IMG/VR virus record: IMGVR_UViG_3300035501_000484
Coordinates: 64,001-128,000 of that record
Reading direction: 5' to 3' (one strand)
Source: a virus
DNA: 64,000 bases
The notes under the pieces were generated by a model. The model made no database searches. It had not been told where the DNA came from and saw only the letters and a list, made by a program, of their open reading frames with translations. Position 1 is the first letter of the stretch. Each line of letters starts with the position of its first letter. Both the position numbers and the translations under genes were made by a program. Shown one piece after another: positions 16,230 to 24,800 of the stretch.

Positions 16230-16490
16230 ACTAGCAGTTAGTTGAACTAATATAAATTAGTCTGAACTACTTTTTGTTAGTTCCAGCTTACATTAGTTAG
16301 TGGTATCTAACTGTAATGAGTTTACACTAATTTATAAGACAAAACTTTTTTACTTTACATTTTAAGTTAGTCTAATCTAACTCAAGTTAGTTGCGACTAG
16401 TTCTAGTTAGTGATATCAATCTGGGATTAATCCTGCCTAACTTGAGTTAGCTTTTTCAAACAACAAATAATTGCAACTAACTCAAGTTAG
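16230..16490. repeat. cluster of CTAACT/AGTTAG half-sites including three 14-bp palindromes
   Basis: Palindromes CTAACTCAAGTTAG (16377-16390), CTAACTTGAGTTAG (16438-16451) and CTAACTCAAGTTAG (16477-16490). At least eight further AGTTAG or CTAACT half-sites in the same region. Non-coding region. Confidence 0.6.
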
Positions 16491-16829
16491 AAACCTCGGA
16501 TTTGCGCGACCAAAGCCGCGCCAATTTTAATTAAAGTAGATATAAGATTAAACTATTTTATATTTTATTAATCAAATTTTATTTTTATTATTCAATTTTA
16601 TTGAAATATAATATTATATTTAATTATTAATTCAATATTTTTTATTATTTAATATATATTTATTGTCCCGCATAATTAAAAAATAATAATATAATATTCT
16701 GGGCGTGTCTCAATAAAACTATCTAAAAAAATTCTCTCTAGCTACACAGCATACCTATGACAAAAGGTGGGGCAGTAATTTTGGGATTTTATTTTTTTGA
16801 AATGTAAAATGTGTTATGCCACGTACAAA

Positions 16830-16927
16830 AAATCTCCAAATGTATTTTAAAAATAAAAATATGAAAAATAAAATCTCCAAATATATTTTAAAATATAAAA
16901 AATGAAATCTCCAAATATATTTTAAAT
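16830..16927. repeat. three tandem direct repeats (~23-bp core, 34-41-bp period)
   Basis: aaatctccaaatgtattttaaaa (16830-16852), aaatctccaaatatattttaaaa (16871-16893) and aaatctccaaatatattttaaat (16905-16927). Confidence 0.65.
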
Positions 16928-17143
16928 ATCTTCCTCGCACAAACGAATTATATTATCAACTTCAATTTCTGCATTATCTAAAATTTTTTGTAAATCATTA
17001 AGGTCAAAATAAAAATATTTTCTTACTGTAATTAAAGTTTTTTTATATTCATCTGAAATAGCTAATTCATTAATCATATCGTTCAAAACTTTTATTATTT
17101 TATCTCTTTTTTCTATTTCTACTTTCATTTCTTTTATAGTCAT
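16922..17143 (-). CDS. hypothetical protein
   Basis: 73-aa ORF with predicted coiled-coil character. Confidence 0.5.
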   Translation of the reverse strand: MTIKEMKVEIEKRDKIIKVLNDMINELAISDEYKKTLITVRKYFYFDLNDLQKILDNAEIEVDNIIRLCEEDI

Positions 17144-17153
17144 ATTTACCTCC

Positions 17154-17390
17154 TTACAATGAAGATGCTATATCAATATCTGTATTATAAATAACATCTT
17201 TCGCATAATTAACTTCCCTATTTAAAACTACATATGCTGTTCTTAATGCAGATAATTCTTCTTCTGTAAATCTCTTAGAGTCATTAATCATATTAAGAAG
17301 ATTAGGTAATACTTCATCTTCCATTCTTTTTACTTTTTCTTCTAAGTGTCCAATTTTCATATCATACCTCCAAAAACATAGATTCCCCAC
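17154..17390 (-). CDS. hypothetical protein
   Basis: 78-aa ORF. Overlaps the upstream gene by about 34 nt. Confidence 0.5.
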   Translation of the reverse strand: MGNLCFWRYDMKIGHLEEKVKRMEDEVLPNLLNMINDSKRFTEEELSALRTAYVVLNREVNYAKDVIYNTDIDIASSL

Positions 17391-17755
17391 GTCAAAATAA
17401 TCTGTACCAAATGTATCAACTGGTCTTGTATTAAATTAATAGCTTTCTTATTAGCCTTCAAATCATCAACTATAGCATGAATACCCCAATTGATTACAAA
17501 AGTCAAAAGCAACATATTAAGCGGAATCCCCGACCCCGCCGCAACAATAGGAATATGAATCATAAAAGTCCAACTAAAAGCGTGTTCCATCAAAGCCATT
17601 ATATAATCATTCTTATATAAATCATCCGCAGCGTTCTTTTCCCACCATGACCTCTGCTTAGCAGAAGCTAACCAACCTTGTAAATAATAATCATCAACTA
17701 TATGAAAAAATATCATTGATAATAATAAAATTAATATTTTCATATCATACTCCAT
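17357..17755 (-). CDS. integral membrane protein (3-4 TM helices)
   Basis: 132 aa with hydrophobic segments ILILLLSMIFFHIV, FMIHIPIVAAGSGIPLNMLLLTFVINWGIHAIV and IILTWGIYVFGGMI. Confidence 0.55.
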   Translation of the reverse strand: MEYDMKILILLLSMIFFHIVDDYYLQGWLASAKQRSWWEKNAADDLYKNDYIMALMEHAFSWTFMIHIPIVAAGSGIPLNMLLLTFVINWGIHAIVDDLKANKKAINLIQDQLIHLVQIILTWGIYVFGGMI

Positions 17756-18021
17756 TTTATCGTAGTTTTAAGCATCGCAATTTCATTTCTAACGCCCTGT
17801 AATCTATCTTCAATGCTCTTTATAGCGGCTTCCCGCGGTATATAAAATGTTATTCCTTCCACAATAAAATCTAAAGGCATATTATTAAGAATTTCTTTAT
17901 TATGTAATATTGTATATATTTGCTCTTCTTCTCTTTCTAACTCTTGTATACGTTTTAGAGTTTTTGTTATATTATTTATTGTTTCATCTTCTATTGGATG
18001 AAATACTTGTTTCTCTTCCAT
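17740..18021 (-). CDS. hypothetical protein
   Basis: 93-aa ORF overlapping its neighbours (operon-like). Confidence 0.5.
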   Translation of the reverse strand: MEEKQVFHPIEDETINNITKTLKRIQELEREEEQIYTILHNKEILNNMPLDFIVEGITFYIPREAAIKSIEDRLQGVRNEIAMLKTTIKWSMI

Positions 18022-18039
18022 GTTGTTATAATACCTCTT

Positions 18040-18267
18040 TTATAAAATATCTACATTACCCGCATTTAAATAATTTTGATAATTAGTAGCAATATCTCGT
18101 ACATAAGACGCGGCAATTGTCAAATCTGTAGGCGATATATGAAATTCATTTAAACTTAATATCACTTCTTCATCTGACCTTAATAGTTCATTTTTTGCCT
18201 TGGAAAATATCTCCGCAACTTCCTTTATCTTAGTAAGTTTATCTTGTGTTTCATTAATATTGTTCAT
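18040..18267 (-). CDS. hypothetical protein
   Basis: 75-aa ORF. Confidence 0.5.
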   Translation of the reverse strand: MNNINETQDKLTKIKEVAEIFSKAKNELLRSDEEVILSLNEFHISPTDLTIAASYVRDIATNYQNYLNAGNVDIL

Positions 18268-18352
18268 TATTTTATTTTACCTCCGCGGTTGCTCGATTAG
18301 TCCTCCTCTAATCCAGCTTTATTTTCCTTACAGCCCTTATATTTATTTTATT

Positions 18353-18820
18353 TTATAATTCTCCTTCATATGTACATTGACCATTAAAAAATGGGCACTC
18401 TAAATCACATTGGTGCATTTCATCATATTTACAATGCGGGATTTTAAAATTAATAACAATTTCAGCTTCATCGAATTGTTTTTTCCATGAGGCTTGATTA
18501 TAGAATCTAGCGGCCATCCGCCACCCATACTTATTTAAAATATAATCATACATTTGTCTTAATCTATACTCTTGATTAAGACGATTTTCTTTCTTTTCTG
18601 CTTTTGTAAGAGGTCTAATCATATATGGTTCTTCTTTAGGAAATCTGCACCACATTATTTTTGAATCCTCTTGCTGTTCTTTTGTGGCTTCATTCCAATA
18701 TATTTTAGGTCGTGGATTAATGCGGATTCCGCCTGGTCTAACTGTGCTAATATGATTTTCCGCATCTAATATAGCTGCCCCTAAACCAGTCGCTACAAAT
18801 ATCTTATTATTTTCATACAT
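18353..18820 (-). CDS. hypothetical protein with C-terminal Cys/His cluster
   Basis: 155 aa. C-terminal HCKYDEMHQCDLECPFFNGQC. First gene of the leftward unit, divergent from the plus promoter at 18903. Confidence 0.55.
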   Translation of the reverse strand: MYENNKIFVATGLGAAILDAENHISTVRPGGIRINPRPKIYWNEATKEQQEDSKIMWCRFPKEEPYMIRPLTKAEKKENRLNQEYRLRQMYDYILNKYGWRMAARFYNQASWKKQFDEAEIVINFKIPHCKYDEMHQCDLECPFFNGQCTYEGEL

Positions 18821-18902
18821 ATTTATTTACCCTTCTTTATTTTTTATAATATAATTATATCATTTATTTTTTTGAAAATCAATTAAAGTTTTTCGTCCTA
18901 GT

Positions 18903-18931
18903 TTGACAAAAGAAAAATTTTGTATTATAAT
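18903..18931 (+). promoter_or_regulatory. sigma-A-type promoter of the plus-strand (structural) block
   Basis: TTGACA at 18903-18908, 17-nt spacer (aaagaaaaattttgtat), TATAAT at 18926-18931. The same 'TTGACAAAAG…TTTTGTA-TATAAT' form recurs at 35889-35917. Confidence 0.6.
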
Positions 18932-18963
18932 ATAATTATGGGAAGAAAAGAAAGGAGCGCTTT

Positions 18964-20139
18964 ATGGAAAATAAAAATTCACTTCTTTCTGATGAAGAGT
19001 TTAATGATAAGATTCAAGAAAAAGCAGATAAAAAAATTGAAGAACAAATCATTGAAGAGAATATCAAGCCGACTAGGAAATTAGATTATTCTTTAAAAAC
19101 ACCTGAAGAAAGAAACGAATTAGTTAAAAAAATTATTGATGAAACTCCTCCTGAACAGCTTACTAACAGATATTTAGAAATTTTGAGCGATTATATTATT
19201 TTTGCTATGGATAAGAAAGAAAGACAACAAAAGAAAATTTTAACTGATAATAGAATGGTAACTGTAAACAAGAGAGAAACATCATTTCAAGGATTAGCAG
19301 GGCAGCTTGAAAATGGAGAAGATGGTATATATAATATGATTGCAAATGACAAAAATATTATTTTTACTCCAAAAATTGAGATTACTCAAAAGGATATAGA
19401 TGAAATTCCTGCATTAAAAGATTTAGTTGCGGCAATTAAAGAAGTTGAAAAACAAGCTAAGACGGCAACTGGTAAAAAGAAATTTTTATTAATGAAACAA
19501 TTAATTGAAATGCGGAGAGACCAGTATGAAATTAGAAAGGCTTACCGCCAACCAATGTATTTTACAAATGCAATAAAAAGTTTTTCAAAGATGTCTTTTG
19601 ATGAACATATAGAAATTACTCCAGAAGGAGAAATTAAGAGTAATGGACTAGTATCATTCTTTAATCCGAAGCATATTTCTGCATTACTTTGTAATTATTC
19701 AAGATTAAAAGAAGATTCTTGGGGTAAGTTTTGGTCTGATTCTTATTTTTTAATGGAAGATTTAGATAATTTAATTGAAAAAACTTTAAAAGATAAATAC
19801 CCGCTTTATTACGATCTCTTGATTTATAAAATTGATGGGAAACCTAATGCGGAAATACAAAAATTATTATATGAAAAACATGGAATTAAACATTCAGTAG
19901 AATATTTATCATCTTTATGGAGAAATAAAATTCCTAAGTTATTGGCGGAGCAAGCTCAAGAAGATTATATAGATTGGTATTATTTAACACAAGAGTATGG
20001 TAAATATAAACGTTGCTCAAGATGTGGACAAATTAAATTAGCGGATAATAGATTTTTTTCAAAAAATAAAACTTCAAAAGATGGATTTTACAGTATATGC
20101 AAGGATTGTAGAAACCATAAAACTAGCTTAAAGAAGTAA
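18964..20139 (+). CDS. hypothetical protein with C-terminal zinc ribbon
   Basis: 391 aa. C-terminal CSRCGQ…CKDC. First gene downstream of plus promoter 18903-18931. Confidence 0.6.
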   Translation: MENKNSLLSDEEFNDKIQEKADKKIEEQIIEENIKPTRKLDYSLKTPEERNELVKKIIDETPPEQLTNRYLEILSDYIIFAMDKKERQQKKILTDNRMVTVNKRETSFQGLAGQLENGEDGIYNMIANDKNIIFTPKIEITQKDIDEIPALKDLVAAIKEVEKQAKTATGKKKFLLMKQLIEMRRDQYEIRKAYRQPMYFTNAIKSFSKMSFDEHIEITPEGEIKSNGLVSFFNPKHISALLCNYSRLKEDSWGKFWSDSYFLMEDLDNLIEKTLKDKYPLYYDLLIYKIDGKPNAEIQKLLYEKHGIKHSVEYLSSLWRNKIPKLLAEQAQEDYIDWYYLTQEYGKYKRCSRCGQIKLADNRFFSKNKTSKDGFYSICKDCRNHKTSLKK

Positions 20140-20154
20140 TGAAAGGAGGCTATT

Positions 20155-21381
20155 ATGCCTAGTTGTGTATGTCAAAAATGCGGAAAGACAATGGATGTTA
20201 AGCAATTTTATACATATAAAAATGGTAGTAAAACTGAATTATGTAAGAAATGTTTAACTATGCATGTTGACCCCTTTAATCCTGATACTTATGTATGGTT
20301 AATGGAAAAAATGGATGTCCCATATTTACCAGAAGAATGGAATGTATTAAGAGATAAAGACTATGCCAAAAATCCAGCTAAATTAAGTGGAATGGCGGTA
20401 TTTGGTAAATATCTTTCTAAGATGAAATTAAAGCAATATGTGGATAAAGAAACAGGCAAACCATATGGATACGCGGATTCTGAAAGATTACAAAATAAAA
20501 ATTTACAAAAGAAACAAGAAGAAATAGAAGCACAAAAGAAATTTGAAGAAGATACATTAGCAGCTTATGAGCGTGGAGAAATTAGTGAATCACAGTATAA
20601 AACTTTAACAAGTACAGAAGCTCAGCATCAAGCTGCGGAAGCTGCCTTTGCAGCGGGAACATCAACACCTCCCGTGCCATTTATAGGTAATAATAATCCA
20701 TATAATGAAGATAATTTTATGAGCGAGGATGAATTAGCAAATCCCGCGGCAGATTTAACTGAAGAAGATAGATTATATTTAGCTATGAAATGGGGCAGAT
20801 TATATAAACCTAATGAATGGGTTGAACTTGAAAAGAAATATACTGAAATGATGCAGTCTTTTGATATACAAGATTCTGATACTACAGGAACTTTGATTCT
20901 TATCTGTAAAACATATCTTAAGATGAACCAAGCGATCGACGTGGGTGATATGGATGGGTTTCAAAAGCTTTCAAGGGTGTATGATTCGTTACGAAAGTCA
21001 GCTAAATTTACCGCAGCGCAGAATAAAGAAGACAAAAATGACTTTGTTGATTCTGTTGGTGAATTAGTCACTATGTGTGAAAAAGAAGGTTTCATTCCTA
21101 GATATGCTACTGACATCCCGCAAGATAAAGTTGATGTCACATTAAAAGACATGAATAATTATGTTAAAAAACTTGTAACTCAAGATTTAGGTTTTGGTCA
21201 ACAAATTGAAGATTCAATTAAGAAATTACAAATTCAGAAAGAAATGCGTGAATCTGATGATGGATTTGATTTTGAAGATGATGAAAAACCATTAGAAACA
21301 CAAGATTATGAAGAATTTTTTGACCAGATTCAAGAGCAAAAAGAAAAAGATTTAAAAATTTTTACTGAGGAGGAAGGATAA
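20155..21381 (+). CDS. zinc-ribbon protein; possible terminase small subunit (by position only)
   Basis: 408 aa. N-terminal CVCQKCGK…CKKC. Its stop overlaps the start of the terminase large subunit (ATGG at 21381). Confidence 0.55.
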   Translation: MPSCVCQKCGKTMDVKQFYTYKNGSKTELCKKCLTMHVDPFNPDTYVWLMEKMDVPYLPEEWNVLRDKDYAKNPAKLSGMAVFGKYLSKMKLKQYVDKETGKPYGYADSERLQNKNLQKKQEEIEAQKKFEEDTLAAYERGEISESQYKTLTSTEAQHQAAEAAFAAGTSTPPVPFIGNNNPYNEDNFMSEDELANPAADLTEEDRLYLAMKWGRLYKPNEWVELEKKYTEMMQSFDIQDSDTTGTLILICKTYLKMNQAIDVGDMDGFQKLSRVYDSLRKSAKFTAAQNKEDKNDFVDSVGELVTMCEKEGFIPRYATDIPQDKVDVTLKDMNNYVKKLVTQDLGFGQQIEDSIKKLQIQKEMRESDDGFDFEDDEKPLETQDYEEFFDQIQEQKEKDLKIFTEEEG

Positions 21382-22952
21382 TGGCATTAGCAGATTTAAT
21401 GGAATTATCTTTATCTAAAGGTAAAAAAATAGGTTTGTCAGAAGAGCGTATTAAAGAGCAAATTCCTATATTGCGGCAGTACATTGCTTTTTGGCGCGAA
21501 TACCCAGATATATTTGTAGATTTTCTTTGTGGAGATAATCCTGAAAATTTCTCTCTATATTTTTATCAACGCATATTTCTGCGCGGAGTTATGCGTCATA
21601 GATATGCATACGCGACCTTTCCACGAGCGTACTCGAAATCTTTTCTTTCGGTTTTGATATTAATGCTTCGTTGTATCTTATTCCCTGGAAGTCACTTATT
21701 CGTAACCACAGGTGGAAAAGAGCAAGCTGCAGGTATTGCAAAAGAAAAAGTAGAGGAATTATGTAAGTTAATTCCGGGTATAAGAAATGAAATTGATTGG
21801 ACGCGTGGTGTATCTAAATCATCTAAGGATAATGTTGAATATGTATTTAAAAATAAAAGCCGATTAGATATCATGGCGGCAAGACAGTCTTCGCGTGGTA
21901 AACGTGCGACTGGAGGATTAGTTGAGGAGTGCATTTTGGTAGATCAGACCATGCTTAATGAAGTAATCATACCTACCATGAATGTCAACAGGCGACTACC
22001 TGATGGCTCTAGACATGAAGAAGAAACTGTAAATAAGAGTCAAATATTTGTAACAACCGCGGGTTGGAAGAATACATTTGCATATGAAAAACTTCTACAA
22101 ACATTAATTCAACAAATTATAGACCCAGATGAAGCTATCGTATTAGGTGGAACTTGGCGAGTTCCTGTTATGGAAAAATTGCTTCAAAAGAGCTTTATTG
22201 AAGAATTAAAGATGGATGGAACTTATAATGATGCGTCCTTTGCGCGTGAATATGAGTCTGAATGGAGTGGGGACGCGGAGAATGCTTTCTTCTCGTCTGA
22301 AAAAATAGACAAATACCGAGTTTTACTGCAACCAGAGTATGAGTTCAGCGGTCGTTCATCGAAATCCGCGTATTATGTTTTAGGAGTTGACGTTGGTAGA
22401 TTGGATTGCACTACCGAGGTTTGTGTAATCAAAGTAACGCCGCAGCCGCAAGGAAGTTCATTAAAAACTCTCGTTAACCTTTATACTTTTGATGAAGAAC
22501 ATTTTGAACAACAAGCTATTAATATTAAAAAACTTTATTATAAATATAAAGCAAGAGCAATTGCACTTGATGCTAATGGTATCGGAGCTGGATTAGTAGA
22601 TTACATGGTAAAAGGGCAAGAAGATATTGATGGTACTTATTTACCTCCTTTTGGTGTAGATAACGATGAAAAAGGTGACTATAAAAAGTATAGAACTGAT
22701 GATATGGAAAGAGATGCTTTATTTTTAATTAAAGCAAATGCCCCAATGAATACAGAAGCTCATGCTTATGTTCAAGTCCAATTAGCCAGTGGAAAAATTA
22801 AATTTTTAATTGATGAACAGCAAGCTAAAAATAAATTAATGGGAACTAAAGTTGGACAAGCTATGGATGCTACTAAACGTGCAGAATATCTCAAACCTTT
22901 TGTTTTAACCTCGATTCTTCGTGAACAAATGCTAGGTAATTTGGCAGCATAA
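21381..22952 (+). CDS. terminase large subunit (possibly 5' exon of an intron-split gene)
   Basis: 523 aa. Deviant Walker-A-like ATFPRAYSKSF and a Walker-B-like LVEECILVDQ. Sits directly upstream of the portal-like gene. A group I intron core starts immediately after the stop codon. Confidence 0.55.
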   Translation: MALADLMELSLSKGKKIGLSEERIKEQIPILRQYIAFWREYPDIFVDFLCGDNPENFSLYFYQRIFLRGVMRHRYAYATFPRAYSKSFLSVLILMLRCILFPGSHLFVTTGGKEQAAGIAKEKVEELCKLIPGIRNEIDWTRGVSKSSKDNVEYVFKNKSRLDIMAARQSSRGKRATGGLVEECILVDQTMLNEVIIPTMNVNRRLPDGSRHEEETVNKSQIFVTTAGWKNTFAYEKLLQTLIQQIIDPDEAIVLGGTWRVPVMEKLLQKSFIEELKMDGTYNDASFAREYESEWSGDAENAFFSSEKIDKYRVLLQPEYEFSGRSSKSAYYVLGVDVGRLDCTTEVCVIKVTPQPQGSSLKTLVNLYTFDEEHFEQQAINIKKLYYKYKARAIALDANGIGAGLVDYMVKGQEDIDGTYLPPFGVDNDEKGDYKKYRTDDMERDALFLIKANAPMNTEAHAYVQVQLASGKIKFLIDEQQAKNKLMGTKVGQAMDATKRAEYLKPFVLTSILREQMLGNLAA

Positions 22953-24136
22953 ACAGTAATGTTTATGAATAATAACCTTTCTAATTGCGGGAAACTCCAA
23001 AAATTTTAAAATTTTTGGACAATCCGCAGCAAAGTTATTTATATAATTTTTACATTCTTATGGAAGGAAAAACTTTATGGAGGTAAGAATGTAATTATGA
23101 AAAAATTAATTATTAACAACATAGAAACTGATTATGATATAAATGAACAAGGAGAAATTTATAGTCATAAAACTAATAAAACTTTAACTGGTACTGTTTA
23201 TAATACTGGTTATAAAATGGTAAGACTAACAACTAAAGAAGGAAAAAAAGGATATGCAGTGCATAGATTAGTTGCAGAAACTTTTATTCCTAATCCAGAT
23301 AATTTGCCTATTGTAAATCATAAAGACGGAAATAAATTAAATAATTGCGTAGATAATTTAGAATGGGTAACTCAATCAGAAAATAGAGTTCATGCAATAA
23401 AAACTGAAATAAGTAAATTAGCGACTGGAAAAAGAATAAAAATAGATTTAGATAATAGTGATAAAGATTGGAAACAATATCAAAATACTAATTATATGGT
23501 ATCTAAAGATGGAGAAGTATATAATACTAAAACCAATATTATATTAAAACAAACCCCAAACAAAAGTGGATATATTAGATATACATTAAGAATTAATAAT
23601 CAAAACGTATCAAAACAAGCTCATATCTTAGTGATGGAAGTTTGGGGAAATCAAGAAATTTTATCTAATCAAGTTGTTAATCATAAAGATGGAAATAAGA
23701 CCAACAATAACATAGAAAACTTAGAAGTCGTTTCAAAAAGTGAAAATACTATTCATGCTTGTTATCAACTGAATAAATTGGTTAAACCAGTTATCCAAAC
23801 AACGATAGATAATAAAGAAATTCAATATCCAAGTATTTCAGAGGCGGCAAGAATATTAAAAGTAACTGATGGCGCAATTCGGTATGCATTAAAAAATAAT
23901 TCTAAATGTTGTAATAGTTATTGGAAATATAAATAAAATGTTCAACGACTATCCCGTGGGAAGATGAGAAGCTTCTATAGGAGTAGGGCCGAAGCTAATG
24001 CGGTGGGTGAGAACCCCTTAAATCGAAATGGAAGGCTCCTTAATTGAAATTGAGGATGAAGATATAGTCTAATCTCTAGTGAAAGCTAGAGCTGTAATAA
24101 CAGATATAATTTTGCGAATTATATGAATATAAATGG
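22953..24136 (+). mobile_element. group I intron (IA-like core) carrying an HNH homing-endonuclease ORF
   Basis: P element AATTGCGGGAAA at 22983-22994. P5 hairpin at 22995-23018. Q element AATCCGCAGC at 23021-23030. An 11-bp hairpin (P6a, 23050-23094) sequesters the ORF's GGAGG RBS. R element GTTCAACGACTA at 23940-23951. S element AAGATATAGTC at 24059-24069. P9 hairpin at 24074-24091, plus hairpins at 24092-24103 and 24104-24124. The exact splice sites were not determined. Confidence 0.7.
23097..23936 (+). CDS. HNH homing endonuclease (tandem HNH_3-type domains), intron-encoded
   Basis: Two copies of the HNH signature: VNHKDGNKLNNCVDNLEWVTQSENRVHA and VNHKDGNKTNNNIENLEVVSKSENTIHA. The ORF lies between the intron Q and R elements. 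Confidence 0.8.
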   Translation: MKKLIINNIETDYDINEQGEIYSHKTNKTLTGTVYNTGYKMVRLTTKEGKKGYAVHRLVAETFIPNPDNLPIVNHKDGNKLNNCVDNLEWVTQSENRVHAIKTEISKLATGKRIKIDLDNSDKDWKQYQNTNYMVSKDGEVYNTKTNIILKQTPNKSGYIRYTLRINNQNVSKQAHILVMEVWGNQEILSNQVVNHKDGNKTNNNIENLEVVSKSENTIHACYQLNKLVKPVIQTTIDNKEIQYPSISEAARILKVTDGAIRYALKNNSKCCNSYWKYK

Positions 24137-24310
24137 AATCTTGTGGAGCAAAATGATGGAATTAATATTATCTTAAAACAATCGACTAAAGCAGTTAAGA
24201 AGGATAAATTTTCTGCTTTTGAGTATGGTTTATATTATATTAAACAAGAGGAAGAAAGAAAGCGTAAGAGAAGACATAGCGGAATTGGACAAATGATGTT
24301 TTTCACTTAA
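24110..24310 (+). CDS. start-less in-frame ORF; candidate 3' exon of the intron-split gene
   Basis: Stop-to-stop ORF of 66 codons with no ATG until its last 5 codons (…NLVEQNDGINIILKQSTKAVKKDKFSAFEYGLYYIKQEEERKRKRRHSGIGQMMFFT*). It begins inside the intron's 3' helices. Confidence 0.25.
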   Translation, partial: FCELYEYKWNLVEQNDGINIILKQSTKAVKKDKFSAFEYGLYYIKQEEERKRKRRHSGIGQMMFFT

Positions 24311-24378
24311 AAATTTGGGTAGAAGTAAGAAAAATAATTAAAAGTTTTTTAAAGTAAAGTATAATAAGGAGGACACGA

Positions 24379-24735
24379 ATGAGAGCATCTAGAGGGGAAA
24401 TCAAGATAGAAGAAATTTTGGCGGATGCCGGCTTAAATTTTCAAGAAGAATATAGTTTTCCTGACCTTGTAAGTACGAATGGTCGTGCGTTGAGGTTCGA
24501 TTTTGCTGTCTTTGATGATAATGATGAATTAGATTTTTTAATAGAGTTTCAAGGGATACAACATTATGAGCCGAAGAGTAAATTTGGCGGATTGTCAGGT
24601 TTGCGGAAACAGCAATTTAATGATATGCAAAAAAGGGAGTATTGTGCTAAGCATGGATACACCCTGATTGCTATACCCTATTGGGATGAACCTAGAGTTG
24701 ACTACGATTACATCATGACAGCCGCAGGCTATTAA
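24379..24735 (+). CDS. DUF559/Vsr-like (PD-(D/E)xK fold) putative endonuclease
   Basis: 118 aa with RFDFAVFDD…LDFLIEFQGIQHYEP. This resembles the D…(I/V)E(x)DG-x-QH core of DUF559 / very-short-patch-repair-like nucleases. Adjacent to the intron and HEG. Confidence 0.4.
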   Translation: MRASRGEIKIEEILADAGLNFQEEYSFPDLVSTNGRALRFDFAVFDDNDELDFLIEFQGIQHYEPKSKFGGLSGLRKQQFNDMQKREYCAKHGYTLIAIPYWDEPRVDYDYIMTAAGY

Positions 24736-24753
24736 ATATTAATTTAAGTAAAT

Positions 24754-24782
24754 TTGACAAAAACAGAATTTTATGATATACT
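24754..24782 (+). promoter_or_regulatory. sigma-A-type promoter upstream of portal gene
   Basis: TTGACA at 24754-24759, 17-nt spacer, TATACT at 24777-24782. Confidence 0.5.
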
Positions 24783-24800
24783 ATAATTAGAAAGGTTAAG

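Noticed and set aside
16755-16940. 61-aa minus-strand ORF
   Set aside because: Its repetitive translation (IWRFHFLYFKIY…KYIWRF) is an artefact of the three tandem DNA repeats.
22921-22952. Treating the terminase stop codon at 22950 as certainly genuine
   Set aside because: The group I core starts about 30 nt downstream and a start-less ORF follows the intron. The stop may lie inside the intron, so the CDS end is flagged as uncertain rather than fixed.
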